From assembly GCA_947589495.1 (NCBI GenBank), contig CANQAK010000004.1, positions 1 to 62,344 on the forward strand: 62,344 bases of DNA. Direction: 5' to 3'. The notes below the pieces were generated by a model. The model ran no database searches. It was not told the DNA's origin and was given only the letters and a program-made list of their open reading frames with translations. This DNA comes from an uncultured Bacilli bacterium. GTDB lineage: Bacteria > Bacillota_I > Bacilli_A > RF39 > UBA660. Within the stretch, counting starts at the first letter, position 1. Each line of letters opens with the position of its first letter. A program made the position numbers and the translations under genes. Shown here piece by piece: positions 44,930-55,305 of this stretch.

Positions 44930-47863
44930 CTACTTATATCTTTTACAATCTTTTACTTCAAATTTTACTTCTCCAACTGACTTTTTACCAGCGTTATTAC
45001 TTTGATTATAATCTCGGTAATTTCTAAATTTTAATGAAATATCCCACTTATGAGTAGTTATTTCTCTTGAACTTGCATTATTTTCAATAGATATTTCTCC
45101 GATTTTATATGAAGTATTTTCAATAATATCGACATCATATGTATGTTTAGCAGTAACACTATTTGTTGTTATATAACCATCTAACTCTAATATTAATTGA
45201 TTATTTAAAGTAGCCATATATCCTCTGTCATCTATATACTTGTTTTGGAAACTATTTTCTTTAGCAGTATAATTAACATAATAAGTACATATTGTTCTAT
45301 CTTTATTAGAAGTTAGTGATATTGAAGAACTTGTCTTTTCACTTGTAATGTCTATGTGGTCATTAGTTCCAACATTTTCTTTAGACATTTCATCATCAGT
45401 AACTAATAATTTTACTTCTCCACCATTAGCTAATGTAACTAATGCATCTACATCCCCATCATCATTTTCATCATCAGGTTTAGAATCATCACAATTCTTA
45501 TCACATTGGCCATCGCCATCTTCATCGATGTTTTTATCAGGGGTTCTATCACCATCAGTATCACAATTTAAATCACATTTATTGTCGCTATTGGTATCAC
45601 AGTTTAAATCACACTTACCATCATTATCGATATCACAATTTGTATCACATGTACCATCATTATTATTATCACAGTTTTTGTCACATATGCCATCATCGTT
45701 AGTATCAACATTTTTATCAGGGACTTTATCACCATTGGTATCACAATTCTTATCACATACACCATCTTTGTTAGTGTCACAATTTAAATCGCATTGGCCA
45801 TTACCAGTAGTATCACAATTTAAATCGCATTGTCCATCATTATTGGTGTCACAATTTTTGTCACACTTATTATCATTGTTGGTATCACAGTTTGTATCGC
45901 ATTTACCGTCTTTATTTGTGTCACAATTTAAATCACATTTACCGTCATTATTTGTATCACAATTTAAATCACATTGTCCATCATTATTTGTGTCACAGTT
46001 TTTGTCACACTTATTATCACCGTTGGTATCACAATTCTTATCACAAGTACCATCTTTATTTGTGTCACAATTTAAATCGCATTGTCCATCATTATTGAAA
46101 TCACAATTCTTATCACACTTATTATCGTTATTAGTATCACAATTTCTATCACAAATGCCATCACCATTATTGTCACAATTCAAGTCACAATTACCATCAT
46201 TGTTGTTATCACAATTCAAGTCGCATTTATCATCGTTATTAGTATCACAATTTCTATCGCACTTATTATCACCGTTGGTATCGCAGTTCTTATCGCATTT
46301 ACCGTCTTTATTTGTATCACAATTTAAATCACACTTGCCATCATTATTTGTATCAACATTAGTGTCTGGTTTTTTATCTCCATTGGTATCACAGTTTAAA
46401 TCACATTTACCATCTTTATCAGTATCTTCATTTAAATCTGGATCTCCATCTCCATCTGTATCTATATTTAAATCAGGGAATCCATCATTGTTGTTATCAC
46501 AATTTAAATCGCATTTACCGTCTCCATCTTTATCAACATTTAAATCCGGTATGTAATCTCCGTCAGTGTCACAATTTAAGTCACACTTACCATCACCATC
46601 AGTATCTTCATTAACTTTATTTTTATCAGGGATGCCATCTCCATCTGTATCTATATTTACATCTGGTTCTCCATCACCATCGATATCAACATTTACGTCT
46701 GGTTTAAAATCTCCATTTTTATCACAATTTAAATCGCATTTACCATCGTCATTTTTATCAACATTTAAATCTGGTTCTCCATCACCATTCATATCAACAT
46801 TTACATCTGGAATATTATCGCCATTTTTATCACAGTTTAAATCACATTTACCATCTCCGTCAGTATCTTGATTTAATAAATTTCTGTCTGGCTTTCCGTC
46901 AGAATCAGTGTTAATATCTGGTTTGCCATCGCCATTGGTATCTATTCCATAGTTTCCACTCGTATCATCATCGATATTAAAGTCTGGAATACCATCTCCA
47001 TTAACATCTATATTTATATCAGGGTTACCATCATTATTTGTATCTATATTTACATCTGGTTTATTATTTCCATTTGTATCAACATTCAAATCTGGTTTTA
47101 AATCTCCATCTTTATCAATATTTAGGTCTGGTGTACCATCACCATTGACATCAACATTTAAATCTGGTTTGCCATCGCCATCTTTATCGATATTTAAATC
47201 TGGAATATTATCACCATTTTTGTCACAGTTTAAATCGCATTTATTGTCTCCATCAGTATCTTGATTTAATAAATTTCTATCTGGTTTACCATCAGAATTA
47301 GTTTTAATATCCGGTTTACCATCACCATTGGTGTCTATTTCATAATTTCCATCAGTATCATCATCAATATTAAAGTCTGGAATACCATCACCATTAACAT
47401 CTATATTTATATCAGGGATACCGTCTCCATCTATATCAATATTTAAATCAGGTTTCTTATCTCCATCAGTATCTATATTTATATCAGGGATACCATCGCC
47501 ATCTAAATCAATATTATAATCTGGATAATTGTCATTATTAACATCACAGTTTAAATCACATTTACCATCTTTATCAGTATCTTGGTTAATAAGATTTTTA
47601 TCAGGGATTCCATCACCATTTGTATCTATATTAAAAATAGCTTTATTAGTTTTTCCATAAGTAATATTTGCATCAGGTTTTCCATCATTATTTAAATCAG
47701 CATTAAGTTGATTACTTAAATTAACACCTGTACCAAAAAAATCCATTGTAAATGTTGTAAATAATAATATTAAAGTTAAAAGCATTATTATTATCATAAT
47801 AACAATAGCCATTAATTTTTTCTTTTTTAATTCTACATAATCCATATTTAAATCTACATTCAT
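44930..47863 (-). CDS. 977-aa secreted/anchored protein made of Asp/Asn-rich calcium-binding-type repeats, many with paired cysteines
   Basis: An N-terminal TM helix is followed by about 740 aa of D-x-(D/N)-x-D-G-x-P-D and C-D-x-N-C-D-x-N-x-D-G-x repeats. These resemble thrombospondin type 3 repeats. A ~180-aa non-repetitive C-terminal domain follows. Confidence 0.75.
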   Translation of the reverse strand: MNVDLNMDYVELKKKKLMAIVIMIIIMLLTLILLFTTFTMDFFGTGVNLSNQLNADLNNDGKPDANITYGKTNKAIFNIDTNGDGIPDKNLINQDTDKDGKCDLNCDVNNDNYPDYNIDLDGDGIPDINIDTDGDKKPDLNIDIDGDGIPDINIDVNGDGIPDFNIDDDTDGNYEIDTNGDGKPDIKTNSDGKPDRNLLNQDTDGDNKCDLNCDKNGDNIPDLNIDKDGDGKPDLNVDVNGDGTPDLNIDKDGDLKPDLNVDTNGNNKPDVNIDTNNDGNPDINIDVNGDGIPDFNIDDDTSGNYGIDTNGDGKPDINTDSDGKPDRNLLNQDTDGDGKCDLNCDKNGDNIPDVNVDMNGDGEPDLNVDKNDDGKCDLNCDKNGDFKPDVNVDIDGDGEPDVNIDTDGDGIPDKNKVNEDTDGDGKCDLNCDTDGDYIPDLNVDKDGDGKCDLNCDNNNDGFPDLNIDTDGDGDPDLNEDTDKDGKCDLNCDTNGDKKPDTNVDTNNDGKCDLNCDTNKDGKCDKNCDTNGDNKCDRNCDTNNDDKCDLNCDNNNDGNCDLNCDNNGDGICDRNCDTNNDNKCDKNCDFNNDGQCDLNCDTNKDGTCDKNCDTNGDNKCDKNCDTNNDGQCDLNCDTNNDGKCDLNCDTNKDGKCDTNCDTNNDNKCDKNCDTNNDGQCDLNCDTTGNGQCDLNCDTNKDGVCDKNCDTNGDKVPDKNVDTNDDGICDKNCDNNNDGTCDTNCDIDNDGKCDLNCDTNSDNKCDLNCDTDGDRTPDKNIDEDGDGQCDKNCDDSKPDDENDDGDVDALVTLANGGEVKLLVTDDEMSKENVGTNDHIDITSEKTSSSISLTSNKDRTICTYYVNYTAKENSFQNKYIDDRGYMATLNNQLILELDGYITTNSVTAKHTYDVDIIENTSYKIGEISIENNASSREITTHKWDISLKFRNYRDYNQSNNAGKKSVGEVKFEVKDCKRYK
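45490..46370. repeat. 36-nt (12-codon) tandem coding repeats
   Basis: About twenty units of CD.NCD.N.DG. lie back to back. Nucleotide-level periodicity is visible (gtatcacaatttaaatcacat...). Confidence 0.8.
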
Positions 47864-47873
47864 TTTAATCCCC

Positions 47874-48563
47874 CTAACCTGCTATATTTTTTGCTAAGCT
47901 TGGATCTTCATAATTATCTTTTTCATCTCTACCATTTATCGTAGCACTCTTAATATCTAATTTTAAATAAATTAATTTTCCAATTTCTGAAGTTGGTGTA
48001 TCTTCAGCTAACCATAGATATACTTTATATTGCTTTTTATTCTTTGATGTAACATTATCTCTTAAAATTGGATAACTATTATCTCCAGTAGAAGTTAAAG
48101 CAGTAATTGTTGTACTATAAACTTTGTTATTTTCATCTCCAAAATTAACCCATTTATTTGCTGTTTCATCATGAATGCCTATTTTAAGATGTTCTAAAGA
48201 AAGTTTTTCTTCACTTTTTTGATTTTCTGGAATACTTGCATCATCATAACTTAAAGTGACAGAAAAATCTGCATCAAGATCTCCTTGATTGTCTAAGGTT
48301 AATTCAGCATAATCTCCAGTTGCTACAGAATCTTCAGCTGTAGGTAATTTAGAATTTTCAGTTGGAAACATTTCTTTGCCAGTTATTGCTTTTGTATTAT
48401 TAACAACAACATTTAAACTTCCTGTTGTTAGTTCTTGAACATTTTCTTGAGACTTAACAGTAAAAAATGCTGAATAAGAAACATTCAGTACAATTAATGT
48501 CAATGCAATTACGGATATAAAAACAATTTTTGTATTTTGTTTCAACTTTCCATCTGATATCAT
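47874..48563 (-). CDS. secreted protein with TasA/camelysin-type (SipW-class-like) signal peptide
   Basis: 229 aa. The N-terminus FISVIALTLIVLNVSYSAFFTVKSQ resembles the A(Y/F)F(T/S/N)D class of alternate signal peptides. It sits immediately upstream of the repeat protein. Confidence 0.4.
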   Translation of the reverse strand: MISDGKLKQNTKIVFISVIALTLIVLNVSYSAFFTVKSQENVQELTTGSLNVVVNNTKAITGKEMFPTENSKLPTAEDSVATGDYAELTLDNQGDLDADFSVTLSYDDASIPENQKSEEKLSLEHLKIGIHDETANKWVNFGDENNKVYSTTITALTSTGDNSYPILRDNVTSKNKKQYKVYLWLAEDTPTSEIGKLIYLKLDIKSATINGRDEKDNYEDPSLAKNIAG

Positions 48564-48696
48564 CTATGTCACCTTATTATAAGTTTAACACATAATTAGC
48601 TAACCGACAATACATAAATTTCAATTATTTTTTAAATTTGTTTACAATTAAGATTATTTAATGCTATAATAGCTTGGTTAAACGGGGTGAATTATA

Positions 48697-50505
48697 ATGG
48701 AAATTAGAAATGTTGCAATTATTGCACACGTTGACCACGGTAAAACTGCGTTGGTTGATGAAATATTAAAATATGTAGGAACATTTAGAGAAAATCAAGA
48801 TGTTTCCAATTTTTCGTTGGATTCTAATGATATAGAAAAAGAAAGAGGAATTACCATTTTAGCTAAAACTACATCAATTATTTATAATGGTATCAAAATT
48901 AATATTTTAGATACACCAGGACATGCTGACTTTGGTGGCGAAGTTGAACGTATTATGAAAATGGTTGATGGAGTTATTCTAGTAGTTGATGCTTATGAAG
49001 GGCCAATGCCTCAAACTAAGTTTGTATTGAAAAAAGCAATTGATGCTGGAGTAAAACCAATTGTGGTTATTAACAAAGTAGATAAACCAACTGCTAGAAT
49101 TAAAGAAGTTGTTGATGAAGTTTTAGAATTATTCTTAGATTTAGGGGCAAATGATAATCAATTAGATTTTAAAGTTGCTTACACTTCAGCATTAAATGGT
49201 ACATCTAGTTTAGATCCAGATATTAATACACAAGAAAAATCTTTTAAATGTGTTTTAGATTTAATTATTAATGAAATAAATGCACCAGAAGGAGATGAAA
49301 ATAAACCACTTCAATTTCAACCTGCTCTACTAGATTATAATGATTATGTTGGACGTATTGCTATTGGAAGAGTATTTAATGGAAAGATTAAAGTTGGACA
49401 AATGGTTAATTGTTTAAGATTAGATGGAACTGAGAAAAACTTTAGAGTTCAAAAATTATTTGGATTTACTGCTCTATCCAAAGTTGAAGTTGAAGAAGTT
49501 GAAACAGGAGATATTTGTGCTATAGCAGGACTTGAAGATATTTCAGTTGGAGAAACTATTACTGAAGTAGGAATGCATGAAAAATTACCTATTATTCATA
49601 TTGATGAACCTACATTACAAATGACTTTTGGAGTTAACACTTCTCCATTTGCAGGTAAAGATGGTAAATTACTTACATCAAGAAAAATTGGTGAAAGATT
49701 AATAAAAGAAACACAAAAAGATGTTAGTTTAAAAGTAGAACAAATAGATTCAGAAAATTTCTTAGTATCTGGTCGTGGTGAATTACATTTATCTATATTA
49801 ATAGAAAATATGCGTCGTGAAGGTTTTGAATTACAAGTTTCTAAACCTAAAGTTATTATTAAAGAAATTGATGGCGTAAAATGTGAACCTTATGAAGATT
49901 TACAAATTGAAGTTGATGATGAATATATGGGTGGTGTAATTGAAGAATTAAGTACAAGAGGTGCTAATATGATAAATATGGTTCATATTGGTAATGTTAC
50001 GAGAATTACTTACACAATTCCATCACGAGGATTAATTGGATTTAGTACAAATTTTATGACTTTAACTAAAGGCTATGGAATAATGAATCATACTTTTAAA
50101 GAATATGCACCCGCTGCTAATGTAGATTTAGGGGAAAGAAAACTAGGTGTTCTTGTATCAAGTGAAACAGGAAAATCTACTGCTTATGGTTTAGGTCAAC
50201 TTGAGGACCGTGGTATTATGTTTGTAGAACCTAATACTGAGGTTTATGAAGGAATGATTGTTGGAGAATGTAACCGTGATAATGATTTAGCAATAAATAT
50301 TGTTAAAGGTAAGGAACTTACTAACACAAGAGCAGCTTTTTCTGATAAAACTGTAGTTTTAAAAAGACCAAGACCTATTACTTTAGAGTATGCATTAGAA
50401 TATATTAATCAAGATGAACTTGTAGAGGTTACACCTAACCATATTAGACTTAGAAAAGTTATTTTAAATACTGAGCTTAGAAAAAAATATGATGCTAAAA
50501 AATAA
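48697..50505 (+). CDS. typA: translational GTPase TypA/BipA
   Basis: 602 aa. It has [23 protein letters not shown] and NKVD, with the BipA domain order. Confidence 0.9.
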   Translation: MEIRNVAIIAHVDHGKTALVDEILKYVGTFRENQDVSNFSLDSNDIEKERGITILAKTTSIIYNGIKINILDTPGHADFGGEVERIMKMVDGVILVVDAYEGPMPQTKFVLKKAIDAGVKPIVVINKVDKPTARIKEVVDEVLELFLDLGANDNQLDFKVAYTSALNGTSSLDPDINTQEKSFKCVLDLIINEINAPEGDENKPLQFQPALLDYNDYVGRIAIGRVFNGKIKVGQMVNCLRLDGTEKNFRVQKLFGFTALSKVEVEEVETGDICAIAGLEDISVGETITEVGMHEKLPIIHIDEPTLQMTFGVNTSPFAGKDGKLLTSRKIGERLIKETQKDVSLKVEQIDSENFLVSGRGELHLSILIENMRREGFELQVSKPKVIIKEIDGVKCEPYEDLQIEVDDEYMGGVIEELSTRGANMINMVHIGNVTRITYTIPSRGLIGFSTNFMTLTKGYGIMNHTFKEYAPAANVDLGERKLGVLVSSETGKSTAYGLGQLEDRGIMFVEPNTEVYEGMIVGECNRDNDLAINIVKGKELTNTRAAFSDKTVVLKRPRPITLEYALEYINQDELVEVTPNHIRLRKVILNTELRKKYDAKK

Positions 50506-50515
50506 CATCATATTT

Positions 50516-50926
50516 TTATTTGGTAATTTTTTTATAATCTTCAAAACTGTTTGGAATAGGAGGCATACCACATAATTCCATGTATTGTTTTTTTAATAAT
50601 TCTACTCTTTTTTCATATTGTTCTAAAATTAAATGAGATTCTACTACATTCCATAATAGATTAACTCTATCATCGGAAACATAATTAACTGTTCTATCTA
50701 TTTTAAATCTTTCTATACAACTTTGAAAAGTTTCACTTTCATCGGAAACATCTTTAATAGCAATTAATTCATTAGTAAAAAAATCTCTATAATAAACATT
50801 TTCTGCCTCAACATTTAAAAATACTAAATTTTGAACTTTATCATACATATCTTTACGACATAAATGAAAATTTCCTCTAAAGTCTGTTAAAATATATAAT
50901 TTTTTTAAATCCAATGATGGAACCAT
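50516..50926 (-). CDS. hypothetical protein
   Basis: 136 aa. I recognised no family. Confidence 0.4.
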   Translation of the reverse strand: MVPSLDLKKLYILTDFRGNFHLCRKDMYDKVQNLVFLNVEAENVYYRDFFTNELIAIKDVSDESETFQSCIERFKIDRTVNYVSDDRVNLLWNVVESHLILEQYEKRVELLKKQYMELCGMPPIPNSFEDYKKITK

Positions 50927-51039
50927 AATAATCTCTCCTCAACACAAAATATTATAATTAAATTGAAAAATAAAATCAACTTTATTCAAATTATATTGAT
51001 TAATAAATTGGTTCATGTTAAACTATCATTATGTCATTT

Positions 51040-51116
51040 AGCCCGTTGGTGAAGTGGCTTAACACACTGCGTTCTCAGCGCAGCATTCACGGGTTCGAAC
51101 CCCGTACGGGTTACCA
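51040..51116 (+). tRNA. tRNA-Glu (anticodon CUC), CCA encoded
   Basis: A hand-folded cloverleaf fits. The acceptor stem is agcccgt/acgggtt with one G-U pair. The anticodon stem is ctgcg/cgcag with loop ttCTCag. The T arm is acggg-ttcgaac-cccgt. The sequence is close to my memory of Bacillus tRNA-Glu. Confidence 0.8.
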
Positions 51117-51289
51117 AAGAAATTTATATTCGGGAGTTTTCCGAGTTATCATAAAAGCGACTTATCAAAAAGTCGTTTTTATAATAACTAAATATGTCAA
51201 GAACATCTTGTATAACATAATATTTGACACCCTATTGACATTTTTTTTGAAATATGCTACAATTAATACGTATTTAAGGGGGATTTTAT

Positions 51290-52441
51290 ATGGAACGTGT
51301 TGATACACAAAATAAAAAATATAAATTAATACAACCTATAGATAATAATACAATTGGAATAGATATAAGAGATGTTGCATCAATTGCAACATCATACTTG
51401 TCTTCAAAAAAGACATTTTATAAATTTAAAGGAAATAAAGTAATTATTTATCCTGATAAAAGAGTTACATATATTCATGATAATATTTTTGTCATTGATT
51501 TAAGTGTATTATCTGATGTAGAAATTATTCTTAAAGATGGTAGAATCAAAAACATAACAAATATAAATGGACATTATGTTTCTTCTAAATTGAAACCAGT
51601 TGATGATGAAGCAAGAAAAAGAGCTAAAGAAGAAAATGCTTTAAGAAATGCCTTAATTAAATGTGCTTCATTATGTATTGCTGGTTCAATAATTTTTAAT
51701 GTAGCTTCTAAAAAATTAAATAATGATAATGAAAAAGAATTAGAAAATAAAGAAAAAATAGAAAATTATTCTACAATTAATAATAAAAATGAAAAATTTA
51801 CATTAGCTTATGATGATGATATTGAAACAATTAATAAGAAAATTAGTTTTATACAAAAAAATTATAATTTAACTAGTCAAGAATTCTGGGAAATTGCTTA
51901 TACTGTTTTAGCTGAAGCTAAAAATAATAGTTATGATGATGCTTACGGTGTAATTAATACAATTTATAATAGAACAATAGATACTAGATGGAATGAATAT
52001 ATAAGTAGTTTAGTTGCAGGAGAAAATTCTGGAAATAGTTTATATAGCCAAGTAATTGCTCCTACCCAATTTGAAGGATATAAAAGTAATGCTTATTATG
52101 AATATGTTCATATGGATAAAAATACAATAGTTTATTTACCAGGGTTCTGTGCTATAATTGATTTCTTATACAATAATGGTTTAGGATATCCTGATTGTAA
52201 ATATCCATATATGAGTTTCATGAGTGATTATTATGTTTTCCCAGAAGAATTTGAGTTTCGTTTAGGATATAATGCAGAAAGAATTGTAATTGGAGGAAAC
52301 CAATATTTTGATCCAATGACTTTAGATGAATTAAGTGAAGGATATGAAAAAACTGCATGTTATTATGAAACTGAAAGTTCAACAATTATTTTACCAAATC
52401 AAAATAATAATGAATTAGTTAGAAGTAGAGGAATGAATTAG
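51290..52441 (+). CDS. membrane-anchored protein with SleB/CwlJ-type cell wall hydrolase (Hydrolase_2) domain
   Basis: 383 aa. IAYTVLAEAKNNSYDDAYGVINTIYNR...VIAPTQFEGY matches the Hydrolase_2 core pattern. It has an internal TM helix. Confidence 0.55.
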   Translation: MERVDTQNKKYKLIQPIDNNTIGIDIRDVASIATSYLSSKKTFYKFKGNKVIIYPDKRVTYIHDNIFVIDLSVLSDVEIILKDGRIKNITNINGHYVSSKLKPVDDEARKRAKEENALRNALIKCASLCIAGSIIFNVASKKLNNDNEKELENKEKIENYSTINNKNEKFTLAYDDDIETINKKISFIQKNYNLTSQEFWEIAYTVLAEAKNNSYDDAYGVINTIYNRTIDTRWNEYISSLVAGENSGNSLYSQVIAPTQFEGYKSNAYYEYVHMDKNTIVYLPGFCAIIDFLYNNGLGYPDCKYPYMSFMSDYYVFPEEFEFRLGYNAERIVIGGNQYFDPMTLDELSEGYEKTACYYETESSTIILPNQNNNELVRSRGMN

Positions 52442-52519
52442 TCATTCCTTTTTTTGTTAAAGGAAATATAATCACATAAATAAATTTCTAAAATATATTA
52501 TAATGTGAGGAGTGTTTAT

Positions 52520-53521
52520 GTGAAGAAAAATGTTTTATATGTTTTAACTGGTTTAATAATTTTAGTAATTATTGGTCTTGTTATTAGTTTAATATTTATA
52601 AATAAAGATGATAATACAGAAAATGATACAGTTAAAACTATTAAGGTTTCGGAAGTTACTCATAGTATTTTTTATACTCCATTTTATGTAGCAATTGAAA
52701 ATGGTTATTTTAAAGAAGAAGGAATTGATATAGATTTACTACTTGTTAGTGGTAGTGATAATGTAGCGGCCTCTGTACTTTCAAATGATACAGAAGTTGG
52801 ACTTGCTGGACCTGAATCAGCAGTATATGTTTATTTAGGAAAAGAAAAAGATTATTTACAAGTATTTGCAGGTCTTACTAAAAGAGATGGTCAGTTTATG
52901 TTATCAAGATCTTCAAAAGAATTTGATTGGCATGATTTAATTGGAAAAGAAATTTTGATTGGTAGAAAAACTGGTATGCCTGGATTAAGCTTTTTAAGAG
53001 CTTTAAAAAATCAAGGAATTAATCCGGATGATGTCAATATAAATGAATCAATTGAATTTGCAGAAATTTCAGGAGCATTTATTGGTGGCGAAGGCGATTA
53101 TGTAAATCTTTTTGAACCTCTTGCATCAAAGTTAGTTGATAATAATAATGGTTACATTGTTACAAGTGTTGGAGCAGCCTCAGATGCATTTCCATATACA
53201 GCTTTTTATGCAAGAAAAAGTTATATTAATGATAATAAAGATTTATTAATTAAATTTTCTAAAGCTCTTAAAAAAGGAATAGATTTTACATTTAATAATG
53301 ATGGAAATACAATAGCAGAATCTATTCAAAATCAATTTAGTGATACAAGTATTGAAGATTTAAGTGTAATGATTGAAAGATATAAAGAATCTGATGCTTG
53401 GCTTACAACACCGTTTGTTGAAGAAGATTTTTATAATACTTTAATAAATTTACTTGAAGAAAATGGATTAATTAATGAGACTGTTTACTATAAAGATATG
53501 GTAAATAATATGTATGAATAA
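52520..53521 (+). CDS. ABC transporter substrate-binding protein (NMT1/THI5, sulfonate/nitrate/taurine family)
   Basis: The track start is GTG 52505. The GTG at 52520 with GAGGAG 7 nt upstream is preferred. It has a signal anchor and an SsuA/NMT1-like body. Confidence 0.65.
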   Translation: MKKNVLYVLTGLIILVIIGLVISLIFINKDDNTENDTVKTIKVSEVTHSIFYTPFYVAIENGYFKEEGIDIDLLLVSGSDNVAASVLSNDTEVGLAGPESAVYVYLGKEKDYLQVFAGLTKRDGQFMLSRSSKEFDWHDLIGKEILIGRKTGMPGLSFLRALKNQGINPDDVNINESIEFAEISGAFIGGEGDYVNLFEPLASKLVDNNNGYIVTSVGAASDAFPYTAFYARKSYINDNKDLLIKFSKALKKGIDFTFNNDGNTIAESIQNQFSDTSIEDLSVMIERYKESDAWLTTPFVEEDFYNTLINLLEENGLINETVYYKDMVNNMYE

Positions 53522-54263
53522 ACTATTAGAAATTAAAAATTTAACTAAAAATTATCATACCATAGAAGGTGAATGCGAAGCTATTAAAGATTTTAATTTA
53601 GAAGTTAAAAATGGTGAAATTATTTCTTTGGTTGGACCTTCTGGATGTGGAAAATCAACTTTGTTATCAATAATATCAGGACTTGATAAAGAATATACTG
53701 GCATTATTAATAAAGATTCTAAAATAAAAATGGCTTATATGTTACAAAGTGATGCTCTACTACCCTGGTTAACTATTTATGAAAATGCTTTATTAGGTTT
53801 AAAAATAAAACACAATATGACTAAAGAAAATATTGAATATGTTGATTATTTATTAGATTTTTATAATTTAAAAGATTTTAAAAATAACTATCCTAAAAGT
53901 TTGTCTGGAGGTATGAAGCAAAGAGTTGCTCTTATAAGGACTCTTGCTTTAAAACCAGACATCTTACTTTTAGATGAACCTTTTAGTGCTCTCGATCAAC
54001 AATCCAGATTAATTATAAGTGATGATGTTTATAAAATTTTAAAAAAAGAAAATAAAACAGCAATACTAGTAACTCATAATATTGAAGAAGCTATTATATT
54101 CTCAGATAAAGTTGTTGTTTTATCTAAAAGACCTGCTAAAATCAAAAAAATTATTCCTATTGATATAGCAAATAAAGATTCTATTTATGAAAGAAGAAAA
54201 GATCCTAATTTTCATAAATATTTTGATAATATATGGAAGGATTTAGATAATAATGAGTCCTGA
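53514..54263 (+). CDS. ABC transporter ATP-binding protein (SsuB/TauB-like)
   Basis: It has Walker A GPSGCGKST, the signature LSGGMKQR and Walker B LLLDEP. Confidence 0.8.
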   Translation: MNKLLEIKNLTKNYHTIEGECEAIKDFNLEVKNGEIISLVGPSGCGKSTLLSIISGLDKEYTGIINKDSKIKMAYMLQSDALLPWLTIYENALLGLKIKHNMTKENIEYVDYLLDFYNLKDFKNNYPKSLSGGMKQRVALIRTLALKPDILLLDEPFSALDQQSRLIISDDVYKILKKENKTAILVTHNIEEAIIFSDKVVVLSKRPAKIKKIIPIDIANKDSIYERRKDPNFHKYFDNIWKDLDNNES

Positions 54264-55047
54264 ACAAAAAAAATTTATCAAAAAAATAAAAATTAATAAA
54301 ATAAAAATTTGGTTATGTCAAATTTTAATAATAATTTTATTCCTTGGAATGTGGGAATTTTTTGTCAATAAAGGAATTATTAGTTCATTTATCTATTCAA
54401 GTCCATCCAGAATAATTAAAACTGTTATTGAACTTATAAATAATCATAACTTTTTTATTCATATCTTTGTTACATTAAAAGAAGTAATAATTGCTTTTAT
54501 ATTAGGAATTACATTAGGTTTTATAATTGCTTTAATTTTATATGAATTTAAATTTTTAGCTAAAGTTATGGACCCTTTTTTAACTATGTTAAATTCTTTA
54601 CCAAAAGTAGCCTTGGGTCCCCTAATTATTATTATATGCGGTGCTAATTCTAAAAGTGTAATTGTGATGGCTTTATTAATAAATTTAATTGTTAGTATAA
54701 TTACAATATATAATGGTTTTTTATGTACAGATGAATATAGATTAAAATTATTTAAAACGATGAAGGCATCTAAAATTCAAACATTAACCATGCTTGTAAT
54801 TCCAAGTAGCTATCAAACCATTATTGCATCTTTTAAATTATGCGTTGCTCAAACTTTAATTGGGGTTATTATGGGAGAATTTTTAGTTAGTAAACAAGGA
54901 CTAGGTTATTTAATCGTGTATGGTAAACAAGTCTTTAATTTAAATTATATAATGACAGGAATTGTTATTTTAGCTTTAATTTCCTATATTTTATATAAAT
55001 TAATTGTTTTATTAGAAAATAAACTATTAAAACATTTACGAGATTGA
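54253..55047 (+). CDS. ABC transporter permease (SsuC/TauC-like)
   Basis: 264 aa with 6 TM helices. It is translationally coupled to the ATPase gene. A terminator hairpin gagattgaa/ttcaatctc lies at about 55040..55070. Confidence 0.75.
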   Translation: MSPEQKKFIKKIKINKIKIWLCQILIIILFLGMWEFFVNKGIISSFIYSSPSRIIKTVIELINNHNFFIHIFVTLKEVIIAFILGITLGFIIALILYEFKFLAKVMDPFLTMLNSLPKVALGPLIIIICGANSKSVIVMALLINLIVSIITIYNGFLCTDEYRLKLFKTMKASKIQTLTMLVIPSSYQTIIASFKLCVAQTLIGVIMGEFLVSKQGLGYLIVYGKQVFNLNYIMTGIVILALISYILYKLIVLLENKLLKHLRD

Positions 55048-55193
55048 AAAATTCAATCTCTTTTTTTTATTATTTTCTGACTGTATCTTTATTTGAGAAA
55101 TAGCGATTTTTTTCAGTTTTTCAAGTCCTTCAATATTATTTAAAATTGTAAAATTTTTAGTTTTCTTAACTTTAAAATACACAAAAATATAAA

Positions 55194-55245
55194 AAAGTAA
55201 GGTTTAAGCTTAATTTTTAAATAAGCAACCTTACTTTTTATATAA
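55194..55245 (-). terminator. intrinsic terminator of the 55306..56559 gene
   Basis: gtaaggtt...aaccttac forms a stem with a U-run on the minus strand. Confidence 0.55.
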
Positions 55246-55305
55246 TTTTATTTTTTAAATTTATATAAGACTATTCTAAATTTTCATTTTTTTAAAAAGT
55301 TTTTA

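Noticed and set aside
45490-46370. Regular 36-nt repeats that superficially look like a CRISPR array.
   Set aside because: The units are contiguous with no unique spacers. They are in frame inside a long ORF and encode a coherent 12-residue peptide repeat. No cas genes are nearby.
45348-46871. Plus-strand ORFs of 402, 68, 81 and 101 aa (SQFKSHLPSL-type repeats).
   Set aside because: They are mirror-image ORFs on the antisense strand of the repeat gene. They stay stop-free only because of the repeat composition. They have no RBS or independent signal.
51031-51303. 90-aa plus-strand ORF.
   Set aside because: Its first third is the tRNA-Glu gene (51040..51116). The remainder runs through the tRNA terminator and the promoter region of the next gene.
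52505-52519. Track start codon (GTG 52505) for the ABC substrate-binding protein.
   Set aside because: The GAGGAG at 52507..52512 would then lie inside the ORF. It is ideally spaced for the GTG at 52520, which I prefer as the start.
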